Assembly: GCA_964016885.1 (NCBI GenBank)
Contig: OZ024761.1
Location: 1,240,001 to 1,304,000, forward strand
From: Eledone cirrhosa
Lineage: Eukaryota
DNA: 64,000 nt
Reading direction: 5' to 3'
Below the pieces are notes generated by a model. It did not search any database. It was given only the letters and a program-made list of their open reading frames with translations, and was not told the origin of the DNA. Position numbers and translations under genes: made by a program. The first letter of the stretch is position 1; each line of letters starts with the position of its first letter. This document shows positions 1-12,825 of the stretch, one piece after another.

Positions 1-50
1 ATATAAACATATATATATACATATATACATATATATGTATATATGTGTAA

Positions 51-116
<66 letters not shown>

Positions 117-329
117 TTGATACACATCTTCAATAATTTACAAGTTTTCAGAATAAGACATATTAAAAAGAGACGCGGCTCTCTGTGAATTAGCAATTTA
201 AAATTCTCTTTTGAGCAAGTCTCTGTTTCCAATTGTGTAGACTGACGTACAAAAACCGAATACTTAGAATGGAATAGAATATACCAGAACTCTTGAAATA
301 TTTACAAAGTCACCAAAATATAGAATTTT

Positions 330-484
330 ATGGAATCACTGCCTCTCTTTGCACCTATATCTCTCTTTCTCTCTTTCTCTCTCCCTCTCTCTGTATATAT
401 ATATATATATATGTCTCTCTGTCTCTCCCTTTGTCTTTATATGTCCATCTCTTTGCCTTTGTATTTCTCTCTCCCCCCTCTCTC

Positions 485-529
<45 letters not shown>

Positions 530-765
530 GTCTCTGTCTTTGTATTTCTGTCTCTTTCTCTTTATATGTCTGTGTCTCTCTCTCTATATATATGTATCTC
601 TCTGTATCTCTCACCCTCTCTCTTTCTCTCTCTCTCTCTCTCGCTCTCTCTCTGTCTGTCTTTCTCTCACTCCCTCTCTCTCCCTGCATCTCCTCCCTCA
701 CTACTCTCTCTCCCTCTCTACTCTCTCTCTCTCCCCCTCTCTACTCTCTACTCTCTCTCTCTCCT
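330..765. repeat. (CT)n/(TA)n low-complexity tract
   Basis: Degenerate dinucleotide repeats. Confidence 0.95.
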
Positions 766-827
766 TAGAAAGAAGGCAACACTATTTAAACTTCTTACCC
801 AGTTTTGGGTAGAAAGAATGAAATAAA

Positions 828-2650
828 ATGATGGTAATGATGATGATAATGGTGGTGATGATGATGATGATGATGATGATGGTGGTGATGATGGTGGTGG
901 TAGTGGTGATGATGATGGTGGTGGTGGTGATGGTAATGATGATGATGGTGGTGGTGGTGGTGGTGATGATGGTGATGATGGTGGTGATGATGGTGGTGAT
1001 GATGGTGGTGGTGGTGGTGATGGTAATGGGTGGTGGTGATGGTAATGATGATGATGATGGTAGTGGTGGTGGTGGTGGTGGTGGTGATGATGATGGTAGT
1101 GGTAGTGGTGATGATGATGATGATGATGATGAAGAAGTGGGGGAAGTAAAGAAAGAGAAGAGATCATTGCTGTTGTTTTTGTTGCTGCTGATGTTGCTAG
1201 TGTTGTTATTGTTGTTGTTGTTGTTTTTGTTGTTGCTGTTGATATTGTTAATATTGTTGTTGATGATGTTGCTGCTGTTGATTTTGTTGTCGTTGTTGTT
1301 GATGCTGTCATCGTTGTTGTTGTTGCTGTTGTCATTGTTGTTGTTGTTGTTGCTGTTGTCGTTGTTGTTGTTGATATTGTTTTATTGATGAAAGGCCTTT
1401 GAAGAATTGAGATTTTTTTCTGAGAGGAGGAGGAGGAGGAGGAGAAGAATAAAGGGGTGGGAGTAGGAGAAAGGGGTGGGTGGCTGGGTGGGCAGGAGTT
1501 GGGTGGTGGTGTTATGGGTGGGCAAAAGAAGGGCAAGAAGACAATGAGCAGGGCGGAAGCCTTATTTGACACACAGACTGCTTGTTGTTGTTGTTGATGT
1601 TATTTTTGTTGTTGTTTATATTGGTTTTGTTGATGATGTTGTTGTTGTGGAATATGTTGTTGTTGTTGTTATTTTTGGTGTTGTTGTTGATGTTATTGTT
1701 GTTGATGCTGTTGATATTTTTAATGTGATTGTTATTGTGGTTGATGTCATTATTGACAATGATGATGTTGATGTTGTTGACAATCATGATGATGTTGATG
1801 CTATTATTGTTGACATTGTTGCTGATGATGATGTTGTCGTTGTTGTTGATGATGTTGTTGCTGTTGTTGTTGTTGTTGTTGATGTTGTTGTGTAGGTTGA
1901 TCTTGAAGATTAACACAAAAAAAAGAGTTGGAATAATGATTTATGAAGTCTCAGTTTCGAATTATACCAGACAAACTACCACCACCACCACCACCACCAC
2001 CAATACCACAACCATCAACACCACCACTACTTTGCCATCACCACCACCACAACCATTACCACCAACACCACTACTATTGCAACCACCATCACCACCACCA
2101 CCACCACTACTATTGCAACCACCATCACCACCACCACCACCACCACCACTACCACAACAACCACAACAACCAACACCACCACTACTATTGCAACCACCAA
2201 CACCACCAACACCACCACCACCACCACCATCACCACATTCACCACCAACACCACCACCAACACCAATACCACAACCACCAACACCACCACCACCACCAAT
2301 ATCACAACCACTAACACCACCACCACCACCAATACCACCACCACCAACACCACCACCAACACCAACACCACTACTATTGCCACCAACACCACCACCACCA
2401 CTACCACCACCATCACCACCACCACTACCATTACCACCACTAACACCACACCATCAATACCTTCACCACCACAACCACCATTATCATCACCACCATCACC
2501 ACCTCCATCACCACTATCATCACCACCATCACCACCACTACCATCATCATCACCACCACCACTACCATCATCACCATCACTACCACCACTATCATCACCA
2601 CCACCACTACCACCACTATCATTACCACTACCACCACCACCACCATCACC
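828..2650. repeat. Compound trinucleotide microsatellite region: (GAT/GGT)n, (GTT)n, then (CAC/CAT)n
   Basis: Directly visible; source of the poly-M/V/T/P/H ORFs. Confidence 0.95.
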
Positions 2651-3447
2651 ATACTGTATTCACCTTCACTCTGGCACTAGTGATGTCATCCCTTTCACAG
2701 ACAGATCTCCATAGAGAAAAAAGAAGAAAAAGAAGGAAATTCTGTGAGAGTAAGAGAGAGATAGATGAGAGTGAGTGAGAGAGTGGAGTAAGACTGAGGG
2801 AGCGGGAGAAACAGAGAGGTAGAAGATATATAGGGAGAGATAGACAGATAGAGAGAGAAAGGGGGGAAAGAGAGAGAGGGGGAGGGAAAGAGAGAGAGAT
2901 AGATTGATGGACGGATAGATAAATAGATAGATAGTTAGACAAATAGATAAGAGATAGATAGGTGGATAGATATATAGTGTAGAGATAGAGGGATAGATAG
3001 ATGAATAGATAGGTATATAGTGTAGAGATAGAGGGATAGATAGATGAATAGATAGGTATATAGTGTAGAGGGGGGGGGGAGAAATATATATGAGGACTTT
3101 CTGATAGAAAAAAAGAGGGAAAGAGAGAAGTTGTAGAGGGAGAGAGAGACAGAAAGATAGAGGTCGGAGAGAGAAAGGGTGAAAAATAACACGGTTTCCT
3201 CCCCTTTTTTTCCCTCTTTCTCTCTCTCTCCCTCTCTCTCTCTCTCCCCCTCTCTCTCTCTCTCAGGTGGTCATAGTTTTACAATTTGCTGCTCAAAGTA
3301 ACACAACATTTTCCCTTCTCAATTATCCTCCTACCACCACTATGACCATTAACACTCTGACCACCACCACCACCACAACAACTGACCAGTATCTCCATCA
3401 CCACCACTGCATTAACTTGAAACTGTTCTCTTTAACACTTCCTCCTC

Positions 3448-3660
3448 TTTACCTTTCATCCTTACGGGGTCGATAAAATAAAGTACCAGTAATGCACTGG
3501 GTAATTTATGGCCTTGTGCCAAAAGTAGAAACAATTATCATTGTTAATCCCGCCGAGGTTGACTTTGCCTTTCATCCTTACGGGGTCGATAAAATAAAGT
3601 ACCAGTAACACACTGGGTAATTGCTGGCCTTGTGCCTAAAGTAGAAACAATTATCATTGT
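3448..3660 (+). mobile_element. Two tandem 3' fragments of the common SINE family (…ctttgcctttcatccttacggggtcgataaaataaagtaccag…ggccttgtgcc…agtagaaacaatt)
   Basis: The same motif recurs at 6719, 21453, 24290-25030, 32463, 37240(-), 45760, 53624(-) and 57953. Confidence 0.85.
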
Positions 3661-3673
3661 TATATATATATAT

Positions 3674-4131
3674 ATCTATCTAAGGCGGGTAAAATTCCCG
3701 AGATCCATGGACGAGTTCTCTCCAGCGGTCTCTGTCCCTCATTATCGCTGCCATGTCCTGCGTCTCCAACAGACCAGTGTCTGTCCTTAGGGCATCAACA
3801 TATGTTAACCTTGGTCTTCCTCTTCCAGTGTGTCCATGTAGGGGCTCCCAAAGGAGCACTGAGTGCAATGTCAACTCTGGATGTCGGTGAGCATGTCCAG
3901 CCAACCTCAGTTTCCTGTGTGTCACTTTTGAGCTGACTTTTGGGAGGCTCCCATACAGCTCTGAGTTTTTCATCCTCAGTGTATACTGATTAATGTTCAG
4001 AGCCATCCTCAGCATTCTCGTGTAGCACCCATCCACCATCTGAGTGAGTCTCTTGGTCAGTGTCCAAGTCTCAGACCCACACAGCAGCACAGACTCCACT
4101 ACAGCAATGAAGAGGCGGATTTTCAGGTCTC
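3674..4131 (-). mobile_element. RTE-type LINE family B, 3' fragment (ORF2 C-terminus, TAGA tail)
   Basis: Translation LFIAVVESVLLCGSETWTLTK…RKLRLAGH…GRGRPRLTYVD. Overlaps the end of the 26414-28370 copy and matches 20456-20637. Confidence 0.9.
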
Positions 4132-4342
4132 TATATATATACACACATATACACACATGCACATATATATATATACACATGCACATATATATATATATAT
4201 ATACACACATATATATATACACACATATATACATAGATATACACATGCACATATATATATATATATATACACACCCATATATATATACACAACCATATAT
4301 ATATACACACATATATATATATACACATGCACATATATATAT

Positions 4343-4343
<1 letters not shown>

Positions 4344-4375
<32 letters not shown>

Positions 4376-6091
4376 GTTTAACGTCCATATTCCACGGTTG
4401 CATGGGTTTGGACGGGAGTTTTCCCACTTGAGGCAAGATTGGGTGTCTTGCTCGCATAGGGCTGTCTGGCGGGTTTTCTACAGCTGGATACCCTTCCTAA
4501 CACCAACCACGTTTACAGTGTGGACTGGGAGGTTTTTACCGTGTTACCTACACGGCCACATTACAGCGTGGACTGTGTGTTTTTTTTGTCGTGACACCTA
4601 CACAACCTCATTTGTTTCGGAGTGGATGTTGTGGTACCAACATAACTTCACATTTAAGGGGGTGGTGTGGGGGTACTGGGATTGGGGTGTATTTTTGTTA
4701 GAGGTGCCTACTGACTGTAGGTTTCGCTTTGTACTTAGGCAAGGCGGGTCTTCTGTATAACTGTGTAGCGCCAAAGATCTCGGTCCAGTGACATTGTCTT
4801 GGAAAGGTGTTAAGTGTGTGAGGTCGGAATTTATCAAGTCGTCCCAGGTTTTTCTGGGTCTGCCTACTCCGTGGCTACCGTCTATTTTTATCGCCCTGCA
4901 CTTTTTTATACAGCTGTCGTCTTTCATGCGCATCACGTGACCGTACCAACGTAGTCTTCTCACGAGTAAACAACATCTGATCCCTCTTATTCCTAATTTC
5001 TCCCTTAGTTCGTTTATGCTTTGCCGTTCACGTATATTACTATTACACATCCAACGGAGCATGCAAGCTTCGTTTCTCTCCAGTCTGCGTATATCCTCTG
5101 CACACAATGCCCAGGTCTCACTGCCATGTAACATTGCTGTTCGTATGAAGGCATCATACAGCCTGCCTTTCATTTTTAGAGAGAACCCTTTAGCGGCCAA
5201 TAGTGGTATAAGCTCTCTGAACTTTTTCCATCCCGTTCTGACTCTAGCTACTGTACTTTCAGAGCACCCTCCTCCACTGCTGATTTTATCACCCAGGTAT
5301 CGGAAGGTGTCCACTATTTCTATAGAACCATCTGTGCAATGGAATGAGCTAGTATTCTGTGGGCACTTGCTACTACTTATTGCACCAGAGCACCGGCCAC
5401 ATATAAAATCTATATTCTTAGTTAGCTTACCTGTGATCCCACTAGATCTTTTATGCACCCATACTTAGCATTTGGGACATAAAATGGAGTTTCTGCCTAC
5501 TCCTTTCCTACACACTGAGCATGGCCATTTCCCAGATGGGACCGGTGCCCTATTTTCCTTCCTACAAACTAGAACTTTAGTCTTAGACAAGTTAACTTTA
5601 AGGCCTTTTGATTCTAGGCCATGCTTCCATGTTTGGAATTTCTTCTCGAGTTCAGCCATTGATTCAGCTATGAGCGTTAGATCATCTGCATATAGGAGTT
5701 CCCATGGGCAGCCAGTCTTGAACTCCTCTGTTATAGCCTGAAGGGCAATAATAAATAGTAGGGGGCTAAGAACGGAGCCCTGATGAACACCAACTTTTAC
5801 GCTAAACTCTTCACTATATTCGTTGTTAATTCTAACCTTGCTGACTGTTTCTTTATACATGGTATAGCTCTCACAGACCATTCATCAACACCTAGTTTTC
5901 TAAGAGCCCACCAGATAATGGAGCGGGGGACTCTGTCAAAGGCTTTCTCCAAGTCAACAAAAGCTAAGTATAGGGGTTTACTTTTAGCTAGGTACTTCTC
6001 CTGTAGTTATCGTACAATGAAAAGAGCGTCTGTGGTACTTTTACCTGACACAAACCCGAACTGCATTTCATCTAGATCAATTCGTTCTCTG
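4344..6091 (-). mobile_element. 5'-truncated RTE LINE family A (RT, Cys-rich insert, 3'UTR, (GAT)n tail), with stops
   Basis: [39 protein letters not shown] and GRPRKTW motifs. Confidence 0.95.
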
Positions 6092-6197
6092 ATATATATA
6101 TATCTGATATATATATATATATACACATGCACATATGCATACATATATATATATTATAAAGAACGAGGAATCAGTGTTACATCATATCACACTTATT

Positions 6198-6291
6198 AAC
6201 ATATTACATATGTTTCTCTGTCGATCAGCTCGAGGCAAGATCTGTTACAGATCAAACCCTACTCTGCATTCGAAGGATCTTCAGATATGTT
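6198..6291 (-). ncRNA. Type-I hammerhead ribozyme motif in a Penelope pLTR-like fragment
   Basis: Minus strand: AACATAT-CTGAAGA-[long stem II]-GAAA-CATATG-TA-ATATGTT. 7-bp stem I, palindromic stem III ACATATGT, GUA triplet. Confidence 0.8.
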
Positions 6292-6294
6292 TTG

Positions 6295-6326
<32 letters not shown>

Positions 6327-6330
<4 letters not shown>

Positions 6331-6526
6331 CGAAGGAAATGTGGTAAGGAACCAGGTGGACCATAACGCACCAAAGTACTCAATACTTAGGGTAGTAGAG
6401 TGGGTAATAGGAACGAGTAGGACCCCGACGGCTGAGCTCAAGCCGTTTCGACGGCTAATTCTGGACGTCCAGAATTAGCCGTCGAAACGGCTTGAGCTCA
6501 GCCGTCGGGGTCCTACTCGTTCCTAT
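6327..6526. mobile_element. pLTR-like fragment of the 63075-63550 family containing a perfect 120-bp palindrome (6407-6526)
   Basis: Palindrome centre ctggac|gtccag at 6466/6467. Sequence matches the reverse complement of 63411-63550 and holds the 3' half of a hammerhead (GAAACGGC…GCCGTC GGGG). Confidence 0.8.
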
Positions 6527-6864
6527 ATATATATATATATATATATATTTCTCAACAAGGAAGATGAAAAAAACTTACCTCTTAATTTTAAATCTTTAAT
6601 TTTTAGTTTTTAATTCTTATTAATTCTTTTTAATTGTAATACTCAACATTTGATAAGATGAATTTTACTAATACATTGAAACTGGTAATACTTGATATAC
6701 ATTATAAATATATATATACGAGGTCAACTTTGCCTTTCATCCTTACGGGGTCGATAAAATAAAGTACCAGTAATGTACTGGGTAATTGCCGGCCTTGTGC
6801 CAAAAGTAGAAACAATTATAAATATATATATGTATGTATGTACATATGTACATATGTATGTATA

Positions 6865-6930
<66 letters not shown>

Positions 6931-7741
6931 TGTGTCCTCATCAGTGGCCATTCAACCGTCGTAGGCATTTCGTCGCATTAAAGGCCATATACCTCAGGTT
7001 GGTGCGAGCAACGGCTAAAAAAAAGTCGTTGGGACACGTAAATAAAGGGGACGCTAGGGTAAACAAACAAAATGGTTTAAGCAGCAGAAAGTGATGAAGA
7101 AGGAAACAAGTCCCAGATTTCTATGAATATAAATTCGGTGGAATCGTGAACAAGAGAATAAAGACCATCAAACCTGGTTGAAATGTGAGCAAGGAAGGAA
7201 TTTCGCACAGGTCTAACGGGAGGAAGAAGGGGTCTGGTCTGCGCATTCGGTAAACATAAGTTCTGTGAAGTTGCAGAAGATAGAGAGAGAAAAAAAATTC
7301 ATACCGGCTTGGCCAAGTGCCCGCGAGAAAAGGATTACGGACAGGTCAAACGGGAAGAAAGGGGAGGAGGAGAAGTAGTGACAGAGAGTGAGTGAGTGAA
7401 AGGTGAGGAAGAGGCTAACAGAGAGAGAGACTGCTAGAAAGGGTAAAGACACAAAGAACGAAACAGACTGGTGGCAGCGGAGGAAAAAATATATGTGTAA
7501 ATATGATAATAATGGAGCTGCGGCACTGCAAATGGGTTACATATGAAAAAGTTTGTCCTCATCAGTGGCCATCCAACCGTCGTAGGCATTTCGTCGCAAA
7601 GGTTTGTTGGTTCACCACTGGATAGAACTGGTCATTCCGTATGGTCAATCCTGGTGTAATATTGTGAAGAGTACTCAACGCAGTGCAGTTCACCCATCTT
7701 CGTTTGTGTAGTTGGTGGTGCGAATACGGAGTTAATTATAA

Positions 7742-8920
7742 ATGAAGTAACAGGAGGCTGGACTGGTGTAAATCCTTGAAAGGTTTATTATACTATGATC
7801 ATTTCAATGACCGGGTTCCATATGAATCCGGTGATATCATCAGGTATTGGAATATAACAAAGGAATATGTAAAAAGCCATGGGTCCGAAAAACCATGGGT
7901 TCCTTGAGTGCTCGGAAAAATAAATTTCTCCTCTTTCGGTAAATGAAATTACTCGGAGTGGCTTGCTCTGCCACAGTCCCACCGCGCCGCTTGTTTTGGC
8001 CGCCTATTTATACCTGTACCTACAAACTCCAGGTTTGGGCACAACTATTAGCTGTATCTTGCCTCTATTGACACGTAAATAAACCCCTAATGTGTGATTT
8101 AATTGTATTCGTGGTATAGACAATGGCCTGTCGAAATTGTGGAGTTCCCTCTAGCGATCCCGGAGCCAAAGTTAGCTACGTTCCTAGAGTACTCGGAAAA
8201 ATTAATTTCCATTTCTTTCGCTGGACGATACCACTCGAGACTGGCTGACTCATGATGGTGGGTGTGCTGGCGGGGACCCCAATCGAATTCTTTACTCTAT
8301 ATCCCATCCTAATAGCTTATCGAGTTAAAAAAGTTTTTTCATATAAGTCTCTCTCCGTAAGTTCGTTAAATAAATAAATCTCGCTACCTCTATTTTTCAA
8401 TTTACCATTTTGCAATATAATATTTTTAATTTAATTTATTTCAACCTATAACTCGCAACATAAGTTTAGCGTTCCAATCTTCGGTTCACACATTAGACCA
8501 TACAGACACCCACTATAGATTCTTTGGGTAGCATTCTTTTCGCGGCATTTTCTAACATGAATGTATTTTGACCCTTACACTACACTTCTTTCTCCCTTTC
8601 TTTCTTTCTTCCCCTTCTTTTTTGACGGGTGGTGGTAGTACATGATAGGCCTGCGCCCCCTTACCAGATGTTCACTGGTAGTTATTCGGTTGCCAACACT
8701 TTGAGGGCGGCTGGCTGTGAAGCTAGTTGGTCAGCTGCCCTCTCTGTCTCTGGTTTCTCGGACCCATGGTTTTTCGGACCCATGGCTTTTTACATATTCT
8801 TTTGTTATATTCCAATATCTGATGATATCACCGGATTCATATGGAACCCGGTCATTGAAATGATCATAGTATAATAAACCTTTCAAGGATTTACACCAGT
8901 CCAGCTTCCTGTTACTTCAT
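7742..8920. mobile_element. Penelope-like remnant bounded by ~160-bp inverted repeats (7742-7900 / 8762-8920), each containing a hammerhead
   Basis: The ORF track shows the same peptide on opposite strands. Hammerhead followed by AATAAA inside each arm. Confidence 0.65.
8815..8872 (+). ncRNA. Type-I hammerhead motif (mirror copy at 7790-7847, minus strand)
   Basis: ATA(C/T)-CTGATGA-tatcACCGGattcatatggaacCCGGTcatt-GAAA-TGATCA-TA-GTAT-AATAAA. Palindromic stem III ATGATCAT, AUA triplet. Confidence 0.75.
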
Positions 8921-8988
8921 ATATATATATATATATGTGTGTGTGTGGCGGGGTTCAACATAATCATGTTACATAATTCTGCAAATAA

Positions 8989-9059
8989 CACCTGATGACA
9001 TCACCTTGTCTTGCATCATAATCAGATGACAGAGCTGGGCAATCGAAATATGTATAGTG
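8989..9059 (+). ncRNA. Degenerate type-I hammerhead motif
   Basis: CAC-CTGATGA-…-CGAAA-TATGTA-TA-GTG, then ATTAAA. Stem II pairs poorly. Confidence 0.5.
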
Positions 9060-9133
9060 CTTTCATGGGATTAAAATTCTAAAGTAAATTTTCCATGCCT
9101 TCTGTTGTAGTTTTAATGAGTGTGTATATATAT

Positions 9134-9641
9134 TATCATCATCATCATCATCGTTTAACGTCTATCTTCAGGCATAATTGGTCAGGTGACCGTGTCTCGC
9201 TCGTATAGGACTGTCTGGCAGGTTTACTATGGCTGGATGCCCTTCCTAACACCAACCACGTTTACAGTGTGAACTGGGAGGTTTTTACTGTGTTACCTAC
9301 ACGACCTCATTTATTTAGGACTGGATGTTGTGGTACCAACATAACTTTACATTGAAAGGGGTGGTGTAGGGGTAGTGGGATGGGGTGTATATTTGGTTAA
9401 GAGGTGCCTACTAACTGTAGGTTTCACTTTGTACATAGGCAAGGCAGGTCTTCTGTATTACTGCATAGCGGCAAAGATCTTGGTCCAGTGACATTGTTTT
9501 AGAGAGGCGTAAGTGTGTAAGGATGGAATTTATCAAATCATCCCAGGTTTTTCTGGGTCTACCTACTCCGTAACTACCATCATTTTTATACAGATGTCGT
9601 CTTTCATGCACATCACGTGACCATACCAACGTAGTCTTCTC
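9134..9641 (-). mobile_element. RTE family A 3' fragment with (GAT)n tail
   Basis: [15 protein letters not shown] plus a 3'UTR shared with 4344-4900. Confidence 0.9.
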
Positions 9642-9721
9642 TCTATCTCTCTCTCTCTCTATATATATATTGGAATTGAATAATCAAAACCGTAGCGATA
9701 TGTCGCATATGAAATCTTATA

Positions 9722-9780
9722 TTTTGTCTGATGGAAATGTTCTTAAACACCATTGTACCTTTGAAATATGTATAATAAAA
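9722..9780 (+). ncRNA. Degenerate type-I hammerhead motif
   Basis: TTTTGT-CTGATGG-aaa…ttt-GAAA-TATGTA-TA-ATAAAA. 6-bp stem I; core position 9 is G instead of A. Confidence 0.5.
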
Positions 9781-10109
9781 TATATATTTTGATTATGAGA
9801 ATATTTTTCATTTATTAACATCTTGAATAATATTAAATAACTGCAGGAAAATGGTTTGTCGAGTGCTTCTAATCTATTGTAAAATTATATTCGTTGAATA
9901 ATCAACGAACCATATTAATCTTTGATTATATATATATATATATTTGAGATCGTTGAATGTGCTAAGGTAAGATTCTTTTGTTATCTTGACAATTTAACAT
10001 TCTCCATATGCATTGTGTTGGTCTTCAAAATTTAAATTTGTGTTTCCTACTAAACAATGCTTCAAGCAAGCTACAAAACTCTGTTATATTATATATATAC
10101 ATATATATA

Positions 10110-10718
10110 GTGGCTGCCAACTCGTTTTCGAGTACGGCCACTACTTTATATACATGTAGGAGAACCCCTACCGATGCGCTGAACGAGTGTGACTTTTTAG
10201 TCCAGCCAGCGACTTGAAAACTCTGGTACAAACACTACACTTGTGACAGTTATTGACACATAGTGCTGGGCCCATGGTACCATGTGACGACAAGTGCAGA
10301 GAGATCTCCAGATATAAAGCAATGCCTGTGCCGTGAAGCTTTTATAGTGAGCAAAGGCACTGCACAAAGCCAGTCCCACTCTCTTAACCGGAATGATATT
10401 TACCAAAAAGAAGAACAAGTCAACATCATTGGATACCATCAGGGTTGCAGGTGTTATATCAGAGTTTTCCTTCTCCTAGAATTCTGCCTTGACAAAGGCT
10501 AAGGGGTCATCTCTCCCGGTGATTTTGGATGGCCATAGACTCTTAAGAACTCCTTTGCTCTTTGACAGGTTTTGTTTTTAGTCCTGCAGGATGTCCAAAG
10601 TCACCCTCCTCACCAAGAAACCTTGTTGGGGTTGCCAGTTTAGTCGCCAACGACCCGACCATGAGACAGGTTGTACTGGGATACATGTTACCAGTAGCAC
10701 CAACTGGTGACCTGACAT
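10110..10718 (-). mobile_element. Full-length ~605-bp bipartite non-autonomous RTE-derived element
   Basis: Near-identical to 19288-19893 and 52362-52969, with shared ends TGTCAGGTCACC… and …GAGTTGGCAGCCAC(TA)n. Confidence 0.85.
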
Positions 10719-11166
10719 AAATATATATACACATATATATATGCATATATATATATATATACATATCTAAATATATATATATATATATATAAATATATAT
10801 ATATATAATCCAGCCCACATAATAAGATCGATTGCCTGCTTCAACTGCCTGACCCTGCAAATATCATTCTGACGCACTCTAATCATGTATAAATAAGACA
10901 CGCGTGCATGCTACACGTGAGACTGTTTCATACACTGACTGCTCTAAACTTTCCTCTTGCTTTATCTTCATAGACTGCCAACGCTTCATGTTTATCTCTA
11001 TTTTCATTCTTGTTTTTATTTTATTTTTATCCTGTAACCTTTATATGTAAATTGCCATGCTATTTCATTTGATGAATGTCGCCCCACTGTTGATCAATAT
11101 GCGCATATGTTTTATGTGTCTCTTGGGTTGAAAAGGAGGTCAAGTATGTTATAGATCAGTAAATAG

Positions 11167-11215
11167 TTGCTCCGAAGAATCCAAACCTCGGTTTGGAGGA
11201 AACAATTGTAAGCAA
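11167..11215 (+). ncRNA. Type-I hammerhead motif with U4>C change
   Basis: TTGCT-CCGAAGA-aTCCAAACCtcGGTTTGGAg-GAAA-CAATTG-TA-AGCAA. Palindromic stem III, GUA triplet. Confidence 0.7.
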
Positions 11216-11420
11216 ATTAATGACTTAAACTGAACTTTGATTATTGTAATCTCTATATAACTGCTTTGTAAAACAACTGATGTTATTACATTGAGCTATT
11301 TATCTTACTGGTAATAGGATAGTAATTAATGACTATCTTTCACTATTTAGGGTTTGTGTATATATAATATATTACCATTAAAGGTTTTATTGCATACATT
11401 ACCATAAATAGTACCCTTAA

Positions 11421-11423
<3 letters not shown>

Positions 11424-11503
<80 letters not shown>

Positions 11504-11564
11504 TATATACATATATACATATATAAATATATATATATATATACATATATATATACATATATAA

Positions 11565-11595
<31 letters not shown>

Positions 11596-11598
11596 AAA

Positions 11599-11630
<32 letters not shown>

Positions 11631-11822
11631 ATATATTTATATACAATATTAAACAAATAGAAACTACATTTATAAAACCATATATATATATATTTATATA
11701 TATATATATTTATATATATATATATACACACACATATATATATATATATTTATATATATATATATATTTAAATATGTATATATATATATTTATATATGTA
11801 TATATATATGTATATATATATG

Positions 11823-11863
<41 letters not shown>

Positions 11864-11870
11864 ATGTATT

Positions 11871-11907
<37 letters not shown>

Positions 11908-11929
11908 ATACATTTATATATGTATATAT

Positions 11930-11961
<32 letters not shown>

Positions 11962-12058
11962 ATATATATATATTTATATATGTATGTATATATATATATA
12001 TATATTTATATATGTATATATATATGTATATATATATGTATATATATATATGTATATA

Positions 12059-12089
<31 letters not shown>

Positions 12090-12098
12090 ATGTATATG
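11424..12098. repeat. Interrupted (TA)n microsatellite
   Basis: Directly visible. Similar tracts at 12440-12825, 15020-15798, 17190-17680, 20640-21368, 40594-41070, 46578-47050 and 49100-49745. Confidence 0.95.
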
Positions 12099-12248
12099 TC
12101 TCAACATCCTAGACCTTGCCCCATTATCCTGCTTTTATATTACCTACTTTTTACATCTTATAATGTAACTTTTAAATTTGTATTTTTCTTTTTCTCTATT
12201 CATCTGAATTTTGGCTTGTTCTAGCCGTTGATACCTTTCGTCTTTTCC

Positions 12249-12293
12249 TTGCTCTGAAGAGTCCTAATAACTGGCACGAAACATTGTCAGCGA
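12249..12293 (+). ncRNA. Minimal type-I hammerhead motif in a pLTR-like segment (12100-12440)
   Basis: TTGCT-CTGAAGA-GTCCtaataactGGcAC-GAAA-CATTG-TC-AGCGA, immediately followed by AATAAA. GUC triplet. Confidence 0.75.
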
Positions 12294-12586
12294 ATAAAGA
12301 TTTTTAATGCATTAAAGGCTTCTTTGTTGATTTATATAATTTTTTCGGCTCTGTTTGATAACATTGAGCTATCTCTTGTACTGTCATTTCTCTAATGCGA
12401 CTAGTGTGTTTGACTCTAATACACTCAAGTGTTTTTATCTTATATATGTATATATATATTTATATATGTATATATATATGTATATATATATTTATTTATG
12501 TATATATATACATATATATATATATACATATATAAATATATATATATATATACATATATATATACATATATATATACATATATAAA

Positions 12587-12627
<41 letters not shown>

Positions 12628-12652
12628 GTATATATATATATATTTATATATG

Positions 12653-12683
<31 letters not shown>

Positions 12684-12825
12684 GTATATATATATATGTA
12701 TATATATATTTATATATGTATATATATATGTATATATGTATATATATATATGTATATATATGTATATATATATATGTATATATATGTATATATATATGTA
12801 TATATATATGTATATATATATATAT

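Noticed and set aside
293-2778. Long ORFs rich in His/Pro/Thr/Val/Met
   Set aside because: Translations of trinucleotide and dinucleotide microsatellites, open in several frames on both strands
6930-7600. Duplicated ~55-bp segment with CTGATGAGGAC on the minus strand (6932-6977, 7550-7597)
   Set aside because: Could not complete the hammerhead stems; at most a truncated motif
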